Below, piece after piece: positions 24,130-36,827 of a stretch of DNA of 64,000 nt. Each line of letters starts with the position of its first letter. Position 1 is the stretch's first letter. The DNA is from Haplodiscus bocki. Its lineage: Eukaryota. The translations under genes were made by a program, and so were the position numbers. The notes beneath the pieces are model-generated. The model did not search any database and was not told the origin of the DNA. It saw nothing but the letters and a program-made list of their open reading frames with translations. The stretch spans positions 22,134,001 through 22,198,000 of the forward strand of contig OZ296650.1 of the NCBI GenBank assembly GCA_965655095.1, written 5' to 3'.

Positions 24130-24603
24130 GGTGTCTGGACATTTCACCCCGAAGACATTTAACCCCGGTGTATTTCACCCCAAAGTCATTTCACCCCACA
24201 GACATTTCACCGCACTGATATGATATTCCACCCCGACTTGAAAAGTGGCTTTTATTAACGCGTATATTAATATGCATCGTGAACAATCAGATACGATCGA
24301 ATCTCATAAATAAAATCAAGCGTTAATAGGAAAAGTTATGTGCGAAGACCCTGAAATGAGGTGTTAATAGCAATAATCTTTGGGTAATTCATTAAAATGA
24401 GTGATATATGTAAGGTGCGGTACAAAGAAAAAAGGACATACTTTTTAACTAGACATCCTAATTAAATTGATTAGATGCATTCAAAAGTGGGGTGAAATGT
24501 CGGTGGGGTGAAGTGTCTACGGGTTCTAATATCTTAGGGTTTAAATGTATTGGGTTGAAATTTCCTAGGGTGGAATGTCCTTGGGGTGAAATGTCCTGAA
24601 ACC
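24130..24603. mobile_element. Foldback-type MITE with modular TIRs and 8-bp TSD
   Basis: TIRs GGTGTCTGGACATTTCACCCC / GGGGTGAAATGTCCTGAAACC built of ~15-bp GACATTTCACCCC subrepeats; perfect TSD GAAAATTA (24122-24129 and 24604-24611). Confidence 0.88.
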
Positions 24604-24751
24604 GAAAATTATTCAATGAGTAGGGTCATTTGTCGTTTCCTCTTTTTTCATACACGTTTTCCCAGTTTAGAATTCTCACTTCTAATGCGAATATAATCAC
24701 TTCTAATGAAAATTTCTTCACTTCTTGTTCATAACTATCAGCCACAACAGC

Positions 24752-25703
24752 TCTACGACAACTTGGATTAAAGGCAAAGTCGGACCGAAAACCAGAATCA
24801 GACCAAAAAGAAATTTGGACCGAATTTTGAAATACGGCCAAACTTATTTCGCTACTTAGCCTAATTACTTAATGAGAAAATAAACTCAAGTAAATTTATT
24901 TCCTGGAAAGATAACAATTTTGCCAACCCGTCCTCATATAAATTAGCTGAGCGGCTTTGAATGTGTTCATATGGGGTGCCAGCCAGATATCACCGTAATT
25001 ATCTGAAAACCTAAGACTCCTGAAGAATTTTGAGCAAAAAACTGAGAATGGCAAAAGTCGGCCCTGTCCATAATTTGTTTTCGAAAGTTTAAAGGGGGTA
25101 TTACGGTGTTGGGAATTATCATTTCTCGCCCATAGTTCAATATGGAAGAAAAAATAGTTCAATCGCCATATGCGTTTCTAACCTAAAAATGCTTATTGCA
25201 CGATTCTGGCAAAATTGTGTAAATTTGATTTCGAAAATTCAGGGTTAATATACTTTAAAACAATTTTCTGGACGCAATTTTCTTGGATTTTTATCAAATT
25301 AGAAAAAATTAAAAATGGCTGTAGGATTGATTTTTTCTAAAACGCTCTTCTAAATAGTTCAGAATGAGGAAAATATCCCTGTGGTAGCTGGGCGTCTTGT
25401 TTTCCTTTGACTTTAACGCCGTTCGATGGAACTGCGAAACAGAAAGTTTTGGAGGCAGAATTGAAGGGATTGCGAGATGCCAAAATTTTGAATGTCAGAT
25501 CGAAACACCTGTGGAATGAAGTTTCCATTTTGTTCCGAATTGATATAAACTTCGAATTGGCAATAACTACTATAATGATCTAGATTTGTTTATATTTTTC
25601 TAAACGCTGCTAATTACCATTAACTGGAGGCGAATAAAAATTTGAGCCGAACTTGTCTTTGGTCCGATTTGTCTGTTCCAACTTTGGCCCGAATTGTCGC
25701 ATA
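24752..25703. mobile_element. Degenerate foldback-type MITE
   Basis: Inverted terminal arrays of GACAAnTCGGACCAAA-like subrepeats (24754-24830 vs 25637-25701). Confidence 0.55.
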
Positions 25704-25789
25704 TGCAATAACCTTTTATCACCTGAACTTACATATTATCAGATGATTCGCTTTCCGTACTCGTTAGTTTTCATTACAGGATAGTATTA

Positions 25790-28700
25790 TCTTTAACAAT
25801 CTACTTTTCTCATCCACCACTTATCCCCTCGACCACCAGGTATGCAACTTTTTGAAAAACTACTTAAATTACGAAACGCATCCCCAGAGAATAAAGACCT
25901 GTCGCATACTGGGAAAATGGAAAGATAAGAATTCCCCTTCTGGCGTTATTGTTAGGTTTTTCTACTTTGACGAGAAAAATGAATTATTTGGATGCAAATG
26001 TTGGCTGGCTGACGTCATGAACCCACTCAATGGTCGTGCCAGTGCATTTTTCATGAAGGAAAGACATCCTCCACTACAAGGAGCTTGTAAGAAAAAGCCT
26101 GATGAACTGGGTTTAAAAACCACCTCGACAAACTGCTACATCAAAGTGTTCGAGAGAGGTGATGCAGGACGGTTCCAACCAAGCAAAATTTTTCTCAATG
26201 TTATGTAATATGGAAGCAAAATCGTCCGTTCGAATAGCCCATATCCGACGCTTTTCTTAACCGATGTTTGCCAATTACGTTCACATTTCTGACCGTGAAA
26301 AGTAATTTTCACCAAATTGTAGCAAGTTTGCTGTAGAATGAGACAGGAATAAAATGAATTCTCAAAACGTTCAAAGTTTGGGGTTTTTTGGAAAAACAGA
26401 CGGATTTTTCGAAAAAAGCCTGAAGTTTTTCAAAATCGCAAAATGTGGCAATTTTTTTTCTAGAATGCGTTTAATAAGATATTATTTCCTAAAAACGTCT
26501 TTCCACCTCATTTTTGGGCTTTTTTGGCTGAAAATGGGGAAAAAATTAAGTTGGAGAAAATAGAAAACATGATGAAGAAACAGAACATTTTGAAAAGAAA
26601 ACGCTTTCATCCTTCTAAAAGTCGTTTTGAACAAAGTTGGAGGACGTAAAATATCCCGGTGGTAGGCGGGTGTCTGGAAGTAACTTCTATCAAATCTGTG
26701 CTTAAAGCCAAAAAAAGTTGGAGTGAAGAGAAACAAACCAAAACGAAAAAAAGATTATGGGTGCTCTGCAACCTTCAATCCCTTGCAGCAATCTAAACCG
26801 GATCACTTGAACGAACGTGCTCGCAACTCGCCGCGTGACACATCACACGACAAGCTGACTTGTCTTGAAAGAATGATATTGTCTACAAATTCTACCAAAA
26901 ACAACAACTTATGCGGTTAAATTTAAGCTCTGTAACTGAAAGATAGTGAGGTTAAACATGCATTGACATTAGAAAATAAGACTACCAAGTTTGACAGCAT
27001 AGGTCCATAAATTCCGACACAGAAATATTTGAAATCGTACTGACTGCATTTTTGTTTGAATACCTAACCAACACATCAGATCCGATTCTCATAACTAAGT
27101 TTCTGCTTTTGAATGATATCCGATCTCTTAGGAAGAATTTTGATCAACTAATGTGCCTTATAGATAGTTGTCCCCAGAAACCCAGCAAAAATTGTCCGTG
27201 CGAAACGTAGTTGAAATATGACGACGAAATTGACCTGTACGAAATAATGCTTCGGATCCCATATGTCAAACACAGACCAGGCCAGCGTGGAGGCGGACTT
27301 GCAATGTATGTCAACAAATCCCTCTGCTCTTCCATTGTCCTGGCGAAAACCAAGATTCAAAGTCTTGTTATAAATATAGAAACCACACCCGACCCCATAA
27401 AAATTGCTTTAGTGTACCGTTTTTCTCAGCAGACACTTTCTAAATTCCTCAGTGAATTTGAAAATTTTGTAAAATCTTGTTGGCAAAAAAATCAAGCAGC
27501 ATTAAGTTTTGTTTTCAATTCAGATTCGATATGAGCATCTCAGCACATATCCGAATAAAAACAGTTACTCGATCCTTTTGTATTTTCTCAGCGGAATAAC
27601 AGTCCGACAAGAGTTACTACAAACATTCAAAGATGCATAGACCATATCCGCGGATATCTAAAACAGAACCCCTATATGAAAACCTTCGAGATTAAAATAA
27701 GCGATCATTTTGCTGTTCTTATAGAAATTCAGTGCATTGGTGATAGCAGGGGCTACAATATTGTACTAAGAATTTAGAAATCTGAAGGAACTCGAAAACA
27801 ATGAAATCGGCACGAAATTTAGTTTTTGGTTAAATCATGAACTATAAAATTGAGATTCCGCAACCGTTGAAACTGAAATACAATTTTTAAAAAAAAGCAT
27901 TCGCTTAAACTTCGATCAATACACACCCGTACAATGTCGTATGATGAAAAAACTTAAAGGTTCGTGGATAATTAAACGGGCTCAAAGAGCTCTAAACAGG
28001 CGCGAATATGCGTATCGGCGCTGCATTAATCTCCCCAGCAACAAAAACTGAAGCTTTTACTGCAAACTTCATAATGCGGCAACAGTCGAAATTGGAAATG
28101 CTAAACACAACTTTTTGCAATCGACTAGCGGCAATTCCAACCTCTTAGCATTTTTTCGAAGTCTACAATCAAAAATTCCAGAACGAACACGCCACTGAAA
28201 GCTCGCAAATGGTAAAAGCTCAGCTGGTGAATGATAACTTCACTAATATTGGACCTACTTTTGCCAAGAAGTTCTACAACTGCAAAAAAAACAATGTTCC
28301 ATGGCGACAGAAAATTAAATTCTTCAGCACTTCAGCCCACCTGTGCCCAGGGAGTAAAAAACAATCAATAAAATGCAAAAGAAATCTTCGTAGTACGCAC
28401 ATGATCAATTAGGCAATGAAATATTAAACTTAGTGGACTGCTAATCTTTTAGATACCTTTCAGAGATCTTCAATCAGATAATTGATACGAAGGAGAGATC
28501 TGTCGACTAATTAGTGTGCTTAATGCACTCAGCAAAATGGTCGAAAATATCGTACACTTAAGAGTGATCAAAATTACCAATTATTTCAAAATCCTATAGT
28601 CAAAACAGTTATATTTCCAGGCACAAACTAGTTGCGTAATTGCAATATCTGACCTAACTGAATCAATCGGGAGTAGCCTTGACATTGAGCAGGGTGGAAT

Positions 28701-29980
28701 TTTATAACTTCTCGATTTAAAGAAAGCGTTTGACGCCTTTGATCATGTAATATTGATGAACAAATTGGAACAACTGGCATACAGAGGTCAGTTCTACAAC
28801 CTGATTAGCCACCAACTAGAGAATGCCCAACAACACGTCGTATTTAAAAGAAAAAAAATCAGATGTAGGTAATGTAGTCTGCGGTGTCCCCCAATGATCA
28901 GTCCTCGACCCATTCTTGGTTCTATTTTATCTTAATTCACCGTATGTCTCCCACGACTACCAAATGGACTTATATGCTAATAACACTGGTATTTTTTGTT
29001 TCGGTGAAGATACTGTCATTAAAATTATCAAAATCACTTGACAATGCTATTGAGTGGTTTCTAGATAACAAACTCACTTTACAAAGTAAGAAACCCGAAC
29101 TTCTTTCGTTTGGCAAAGAGCATGACAGTGATCTACTGACAACTAATGGTTTCGAAAGTAAACAACATTGCAAAAGCCTTGGTGTTCACATCGATAAAAA
29201 ATGAAGTCTGCTGAACATATACGGAAAATTGATCAAAGCCGGCAGAGTTCTGTGGTTTTATCTCCAAAAAAGACACTTCTCCTGAAAGCCACTGATAATA
29301 TTGTACAACTCCCTCGCTAATTTTGTTGTTACCTACGATGTATTGGTGTACGAGTGCACATTCAAAAGTTTTTTTGAAATAATAATGACTTTGCAGCACA
29401 AGATAGTTCGCGCCATATTTTTCCTGCATCACACGGATGTGGTATCAACTTATCCCGCGAACACAAAACTTACACTGTTTTTGATTTGCAATTCTCGGAA
29501 TTTTTCGTGAAGTTTTCAGCAATATAAGAAATGAAGTTTTTGATCTGAAATACGGCAGTAAGGATTTCAGTCAACGCGGGGTAATGTGAATTTCGACTAA
29601 AAGCAAAATAACAACACTCCTTTCAAAAACCACAGTCAGCAAGTTCTCACAATTATAGCAAGGCGAGCCTACAATTTGCTGCAAGACTTTGGTATATCTC
29701 CACACACCTATGAAATACAATCGGAAAGAACTTCAATCTTTTCTTCAAATTTTTTACAGACAATTTTATTCTTGAATCGGGTGATCTTATCAAACTTTTC
29801 TATCAATTTTTGAGAATCGGATCACTTAATGTGATTATAAAACTTTAAGTTTCCAAATGGGCATCACGCGAAGAGATTTTAATCTCCTTGGTTGTCCTTG
29901 TTGATGACTTATTTGTATTTGTTATTGAAAATGAGCTACCTGTAACCATGTCTTCCAAATAAATTCACTTCAATTCAACA
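25790..29980 (+). mobile_element. Decayed CR1/L2-like LINE (ORF1 remnant, APE endonuclease, reverse transcriptase)
   Basis: ORF1-like GVIVRFFYFDEKN...FMKER; APE motifs IRSLRKNF, RGGGLAMYV, VYR, PTRVT...CIDHI, ISDHFAV; RT motifs FLDLKKAFD, CGVPQ*SVL, LYANNT (YADD-like); 3' AATAAA plus (TTCAA)-like tail. Confidence 0.9.
26200..26677 (-). mobile_element. HINE/Helentron-like non-autonomous element inserted in the LINE
   Basis: Reverse-complement homolog of 52576-53070 along its length, sharing the AGAC..CC-G-CTACCACCGG-ATATT start and GGA-GATTTT-CTTCCATAT end. Confidence 0.7.
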
Positions 29981-32252
29981 TCTTTTATACGAGTAATTGG
30001 AGGGAGCTCAAAAATGCAAAAAAACTCAGGCAAATTGGTCGTCCACTGAAGCCATTGATAAATGGGTGCCAAAAAATAAAGTCGTTGCTCTATCAATTCG
30101 AGCAACATCTTTCTACTTGTTATTCACTGATACTGGTAGTGACTTACATTAACAATACTCTGATTGATTTAATTGAGGATGCAATCAAATTCAAAACTTC
30201 CTGAGAAAGCAGAATTAAAAAATAGACCCTTTTGAAGCTTGCTATTCGAAAACATTAACAGTCCTTTTTAAAATTTTTAAAATGTGTCCATGGAAATTCA
30301 AACAAGTTTTGAAGATTTCTCTTGAGAAGGTGATGCAAACGCGAGTCTAATCTACTATCCAAAGATATTTTGATTATAATCTCGATATACAAAATGCAAA
30401 TTGTTAGCTCTCTGTAAAGTTTGTAGATGATTCACAATCTGCACGCCGGTGGACGAAGCGAGCTGTCTGACGCAACCAGTCCTTAAATGTCGAGGAATGT
30501 GCTGTTGATAATGAAAACAGCGGCTGACAAGACATCAATAGTTGTGGTGAGCGTGGATCCACGTGAATGCAATCGAAAAGCCTAAACGGGTCTCATTTAC
30601 CTGGACAGATTGTCTGCACGACGAAGGTTGAGATTCTGGGAGTTACAATTGAGTCACAAGTAATTTTTCAAGCCCTGCACAGTAGATGGGCAAGAAGCCG
30701 AACAAAAGGGCAGCAGTATTAACAACTCTTTCACAAAAGAATTGAGGACATATCTAGAAGGCCCTCAGAAAGGTGTATAATACGTACACAAGACCAGGGG
30801 CGCTCTTCGCAACAGAGGTTTGAGCACCCCGCAGAGGCTTGAACACCCTATCTATCTAACTCCAAAAAAAAATATGCAACATGGAGCAAACAAAATAATC
30901 AAAGGAACACCAGCGAGTACCCTTAACACAACTTCGACACTAGATGCTACAACGCCGTAGTATAAATTACTAGTGGAATGCGGCTGTCCTGTTAGATACT
31001 GGAGGTTCGCAGAAACGTGCTACTTGATCAAGCTGCGCCATTCAACAGTAAAACCGCAACTGTAGAGGGAACTTTGCCTTCCATCCTGACAAGTGAACGC
31101 CCCAGGAAGGCAAGATTGCATGAAACAGGTTCAGATGGGCCGAGATGGAAAGATAAGAGTATCTGCAAAGCTGAATAAAATCATGGAGTTCGGTACCAAC
31201 ACTGGAATTCTGTCCCACAATCAGTGACAGGTTAACTCACCCGCAAATGTCCCAATTGAGAACATATTGATAATTCATGTACAAAAAGCTATTTGCAATT
31301 CCAAAGTTGTACTAGATTGTCTGAAACTAGAAAGGTTTCGAGCAAGAGCGTATCTATACTTCAAAGCACTTTGTCTTTCTCTCCAGACCACCAGGACCCT
31401 ATCATACACAGTTCGTTTCAAGACCCCACCATAACGTTTTACTAAATCTTTCGCACCTTTTAGCTGTTGAGAAGTGAAGAGCTGAGTAAAAGGAAATCAC
31501 ATTACTCAACAAGGAAAATTTTGAACGCAAAAACGATCTGGCGCTTGTAGCCACACTGGAACAGAAATCAAGAAGTACCTTGGAGACACAGTTTGAGCAT
31601 TAGAGTTCAATAAGAAACACAGCTTGTGAACGTGAAAGCATGGCTTGCTCATTGAATAGAGCTACCGTAGGATAAAGTATCATCATAGGATACTCACAAT
31701 ATCCACAGCTTCAATATTTTCAACTTGTTTGGGTGTGAAAAGGATGTTCAGCTGTATGGGTTCCGAACATTGATTCAAGTGATCTCTTTGCACATTGAGA
31801 ATCTAAAAGCGAGAATTGTTTCGAGAGTTCTGAATCAAAAATTGAGGTTGTAAACCGATGTTAATTTTTTCAAAACATGTTTCAAATAATTAACCATTTT
31901 CGTGAATTAAACGTCATTTTGTCTACCCTAGCTGCGTTTAGTTATGTACAATAAAAATTTCGGTTAAGTTGCCAAGTGATTTTTTGTTCCGCTCTGCGTT
32001 TCCCTGTTTTCATGCTGTATTCTTCACCAACTGCTGCATTTTTAGCGAGAAATTTAATTGCTCAACTCGTTCTTGCTGTGCCAAAGTTTAGCAATTTTTA
32101 CTACTCCATTTATTAAGCGACGCCTTCGAAAAAGACAACCAACATTTGTAGTGACTGAAGTCCATTTCAAGACCAGATCGAAGTGTTTAGATTTGAATAA
32201 CTGACTTAGACATGATTGGCCACGACATCAACTCGTTTGGACACTTCAACTA

Positions 32253-32902
32253 CAGTAGTGTTTTAAAAGAGTGGGGCTCCTAGGCATAAATTGACCAAAG
32301 TTAGACATCAATATCTCAAACTATTCGAAATGGTTACTTTTGATAGAAAGAAAAGTTTCTTGGATTTTTATTTAGTTTACAATCATTTTTGTTTCAAAAC
32401 TTTGCGACCAATACAGCAAAAGTTTGAAAAAGTCATTTTTGGACAATTTCAAATAAATTTGGTTTATTTTTGATAAAAGCCTCAATGAAAAATTTTTGGA
32501 CACAATTTGTACGTAAAGGTTCCCCTGAATATCTTGAAACCATTAATACACTTAGTTCTCAAAAATATTTCAAAGGGCCATAAAATACAATGAACTTTGA
32601 AGTTACATGTTTTAAAATAGGCTTAAGAATTACACTTTGAAATTTTGCGAAACCTATTTAAATTCATAATATTTCTTCAATCAAAACTAATCACAGGATT
32701 CAAGAAATTCTAGAAAATTTTTGTGGTAGACATTTTCTCGATTTTTTTTCTAACTTGGTCAAACTTCAAAAAACCGACAGAGACAACCAAAATTGGTAAA
32801 AATTCACCAACAAGATTGCTAATTGAGAACAAATAACGAGATCCTATTGGCTCAATAGCGTCTATGAACACTTTTAAGCTCCATTCTTTCAAAACTGTAC
32901 TG
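32253..32902. mobile_element. Tc1/mariner-like MITE (~650 bp), copy 1
   Basis: TA|CAGTAGTGTTTTAAAAGAGTGGGGCT ... AGCTCCATTCTTTCAAAACTGTACTG|TA; collinear with 48435-49096. Confidence 0.85.
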
Positions 32903-32925
32903 TACTTGTATGCGCACAGAAAATA

Positions 32926-35615
32926 CAGTAGTGTCCGAAAAGAATGTAACCTTTGTTTGTGAATTGATTTTGGAATGCTATATATACTTGCGTAAAGCTC
33001 AAAAACAATTGAAAATTACAAGGTATGGTCGAAAAAAAGTTTCTTAGAATTTCGTTCTTTGCAATGGTGTTTGTTCGAAACTTCTAGGATCATTAATATA
33101 GAAATTGTATATGGCATCTATATGTATTAACATAGGAGGTTGATTTTGCATCACAAATTTGGATGTTTTAATAAACTTCTACTCCGTTTTTGTTTACATT
33201 TCATATACTATCAAGATGCCCTTCATCTACTGATTACACTCAGAAGTTGGCAGCTTCCAGTATTTACACTTTCAAACAACCTAGATATTCTTTGATAAAA
33301 AGTATCATTCTCAATGTTAATACGTTGTAAAGGTTGTCATGCCTCGAAGAGTTGTAGTGGTAGTAGTGGTGGTAGATCGGGATCTCCGATTTTACATCGT
33401 TCTCGCAGAGGCGAGGTCCTCCAAATTCAGCCAGTCAGTTCAAATTTTTTCGATGTTTTTTTAACGACGCTGGGGGGTCTTTTTCTAAGTTTTCTTTTCG
33501 ACAGTGCCGCGATATGTCTCCGGGTATCCTTGAACATCTTTTTTTTCTCAGTACGTGAGCCAGGTCTCTTTCCGTATTTTCTGACCTCTTGTAATAAAAG
33601 TCCAAACTTAACAAGAGCGTACAAGTCGTTTTGGATAGATTTCGGGTAGAGGCTGTTCAAAACAAGTCTGAAATGTTTTCTTGAGATGATATCGTTTATT
33701 TTCCACACTTTTGTTTGGAAGCCATGTAGAACTATTGTAGAAAAAGTATGGGTCTGATGAAAACATTATAGATAAAAACTTTCACCGGTATTTCCATGTA
33801 AAGTTTTTCCATAACATACGGTGATTTTTCAAAGCAACTTGACAGAAGTTAACTCTCCTTTCAGTATCAGCAAAATCATCAATCGTGAGCCAAGTTTTTC
33901 GACTTTTGTGACGATGTCATTTCAATGGTGATTTCCAATTTGTCGTCGTTAATGCTCACATTAAATATTTCGAAGGTGTTTGCGACTATATCCAGCATTG
34001 GTTTATAGGTATTTTCTAGCATTACGACGTCAAAGTCATCAGCATATGCGATGTGATGGCGTTGTTTCCTGTATGGCAGTATTTATGATCGTTATTAGCA
34101 ATGTTGTCTTTTCTTGCATGAGCCTCATTTACATGAAAATGGAGTAATTCCAGCGAAATTGCGTCTCCTTCGGGGACACATGTATTAGTCTGGAACTTTT
34201 ATCCGATCATTTTGTTTCCCAACGGCTAATAAAGTCATGTTGGAGAACAAAACTTTGATCATATCTTTGATGAAGAAACTTTGATGATATTTCTTTGATG
34301 AAGAAATCTGGGGAGATTTCAACGAGTTTTATCAGTAGAGTTAAGCGTATCGTATCGATCGCTTTCGAAATGTCGATGCCGATCCCTTTAGGGTTAAACT
34401 GGCGTTCTATACTTGCTGCAAACATCCATGTCCGAGTTGGTACGTCACCAGTTGACTTGTTCCTCGATAATCCGTGATGGTTCCTATTGATTCGCTCCAG
34501 TTTGTCATCAATAGGTTGAATAGTCAATGAAACCAGTTTGCGCCACTCTGATAGCAGTGATTGGTCTGTATCTCTCTGGTTCTTGCCGGACTTGAAGATA
34601 GTTACAATGTGTCCATCGGTCAGTATACTGTTTTTCGTTTTAATATCATTTCTTTCAATTTGTTTGTCTCACTGTCCTTTCTTTTGATTTCTGCGGTGAT
34701 ACCATCGGGGCCTGCTCCTATTGTTTTTCAATCTGCACTTGACTTTCTCGACTGCTTAACAAGTGAAAAGATAGTGAGGTCTTTTGTTCCGTCCATTGCA
34801 GAATCAGTGTTACTAGAGAAGCAACCCTGGTAGTATATTGTCATCATTGACAATACTGGGTATAGTGCTTTTCGCGTGCGGGGTTTCCTGGAGTTTTGAA
34901 TTTCCGAGTTTTGTTGGTCCCGATGGGGAGTTTCAGTTATCAGCCTGTTTTAGTTTTTGCTCTGAAATTTTCGCCTGTCGTAATTGGATTTATCTCTGTA
35001 GTATGCCATTTTTTCATTTGCTGATATTGGCGATATGTGGATTGAAAAATTTTCCGTCGCAGGGTTTTTTCGTCAGATAGCTTCTTCATCGTTTCGTCAC
35101 TGAGGGACGGTGTTGACCCGCCCTTCTTGCCGCGTTGGAAGTCCATGTTTTTAAGCAAGCTGGTGGTCACCAATCTATTTTCTGAATCAATACGGTCAAA
35201 AATGATTTCTAGCAATAATTATAGATTGTTTTCGTCCTCCAAGGATGTCTATGTTCTTTGAAAGTGTAAATACTCGGAAGCTGCCAATTTCGGAGTGTAA
35301 TCAGTTGATGGGGGGCATCTTGCCAGTATATAAAAAGTAAACAAAAACGGAGTAGGAGGTACGTAAAACCGAAAGTTTCGATGCAAAATGAACCTCCCAT
35401 CGCAGTACATATAGATAGAAATCTTCTAACTTCTATATTCATGATCCCAGAGGTATCGATCCAACAAACACCATTGTAAGCTGGATAAAATTCTATGAAA
35501 CTATTGTATGGTCCATAACTTGTGATTTTCAGTTGATTTTGGGTTTTAAGCATGTATACGTAGCGTTCCAATATCAATTCACAAATAAAGGTTCCATTCT
35601 TTTCTGACAGTTCTG
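32926..35615. mobile_element. Palindromic Tc1/mariner-like MITE split by a LINE insertion
   Basis: Left arm 32926-~33348 and right arm ~35215-35615 are inverted copies with CAGTAGTGT-type termini and TA flanks; same family as 35622-36386. Confidence 0.78.
33350..35212 (-). mobile_element. 5'-truncated decayed RTE-like LINE
   Basis: RT motifs on - strand: GIDISKAIDTI, VPEGDAIS, IAYADDFD (~34030-34053); 3' end has a (CTA/CCA)n microsatellite tail at 33350-33375. Confidence 0.82.
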
Positions 35616-35621
35616 TATATA

Positions 35622-36386
35622 CAGTAGTGTAAAAGGAAGGAACCCTTTTTTTGTAATAAAGATTGGAACGATACATACAGTTTCGTTATAACCAAAAATC
35701 ACAAGGTGTGCTCGAAATAAAGGTTTCTCAAAATTTTATCTAGTTCACAATGGTGTTCACTTGAAACGTCTAGGATCATTATTATAGAAGTCAGATTTTG
35801 TATCTATATGTAATAAGATAGATTGATTTTGCATCACAACTTTCGATGTTTTAACTGCTTTATACTCCTTTTTTGTATACATATTATATACTGTCGAGAT
35901 GCCCCTCACTTACTGATTACACTCACGAGTAGGAAGCAGCTACCCAGTGTTTACACTTTCAAAGAACATAGATATTCTTTGTGAAATAACATCATTCTTA
36001 ATGTTATTACGTTGTAAAATATTATTTCTTAAAGAACGTCTATGTTCTTTAAAAGTGTAAGCACTAGATAGTTGCCCACTCGTGAGTGTAATCAGTAGGT
36101 GAGGGTCATCTTGACAGTATATAATATGTACACAAAAAAGGGGTAGAAAGCAGTTAAAACATCGAAAGTTGACATGCAAAATCTATCTCCTATCATGATA
36201 GATACAAACTGTCCCAACTTCTATATTAATGATGCCAGAAGTTTCAAATAAATACCATTGTAAACTAAATAAAATTCCAAGAAACTTTTAATTCGAGCAC
36301 ATCTTGTGATTTTTGGTTATTACGAAACTGTATGTATCGTTCCAATCTTTATTACAAAATAAAGGTTGTTTTCTATCACACTACTG
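35622..36386. mobile_element. Fully palindromic (hairpin) Tc1/mariner-like MITE
   Basis: TA|CAGTAGTGT ... ACACTACTG|TA; the two ~360-bp arms are inverted copies. Confidence 0.88.
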
Positions 36387-36827
36387 TATAACACTCTGGG
36401 ATAGGGCACCTATGCTTTAATGTGAGTGTGCCAATTTAGGTGCGCCGTACCTAATAAATATGATGTAATGCGGAGCTTCTAGTACCATTCAACTGATACC
36501 TTGAGTATTCTGTTCCATTAAATGGAAGTCTGTTCAAAAGCCAACGAAACCTTAAGTCAGATAAGATTAGTGCTAGGGAAATTGCCATAATTCTTCTCAT
36601 TTGATCGTCCTCGATAGTTTGGCTTGTAATTGTTATGTACAAAAACAACGTCAGGACAAAAATTGTAAAACAAAGCGACATCATTTATCGCTACAACAAA
36701 AATAGAAAGTTTGAGCTAGACATCTACATGCTTGCTACGAAACTATGATCATTCGCGTTCAGAATCAATGAACAACTACGATCAATTGAACGTTTAACGT
36801 TTCAAACAAAGCAGTTGCAACTGTTGG

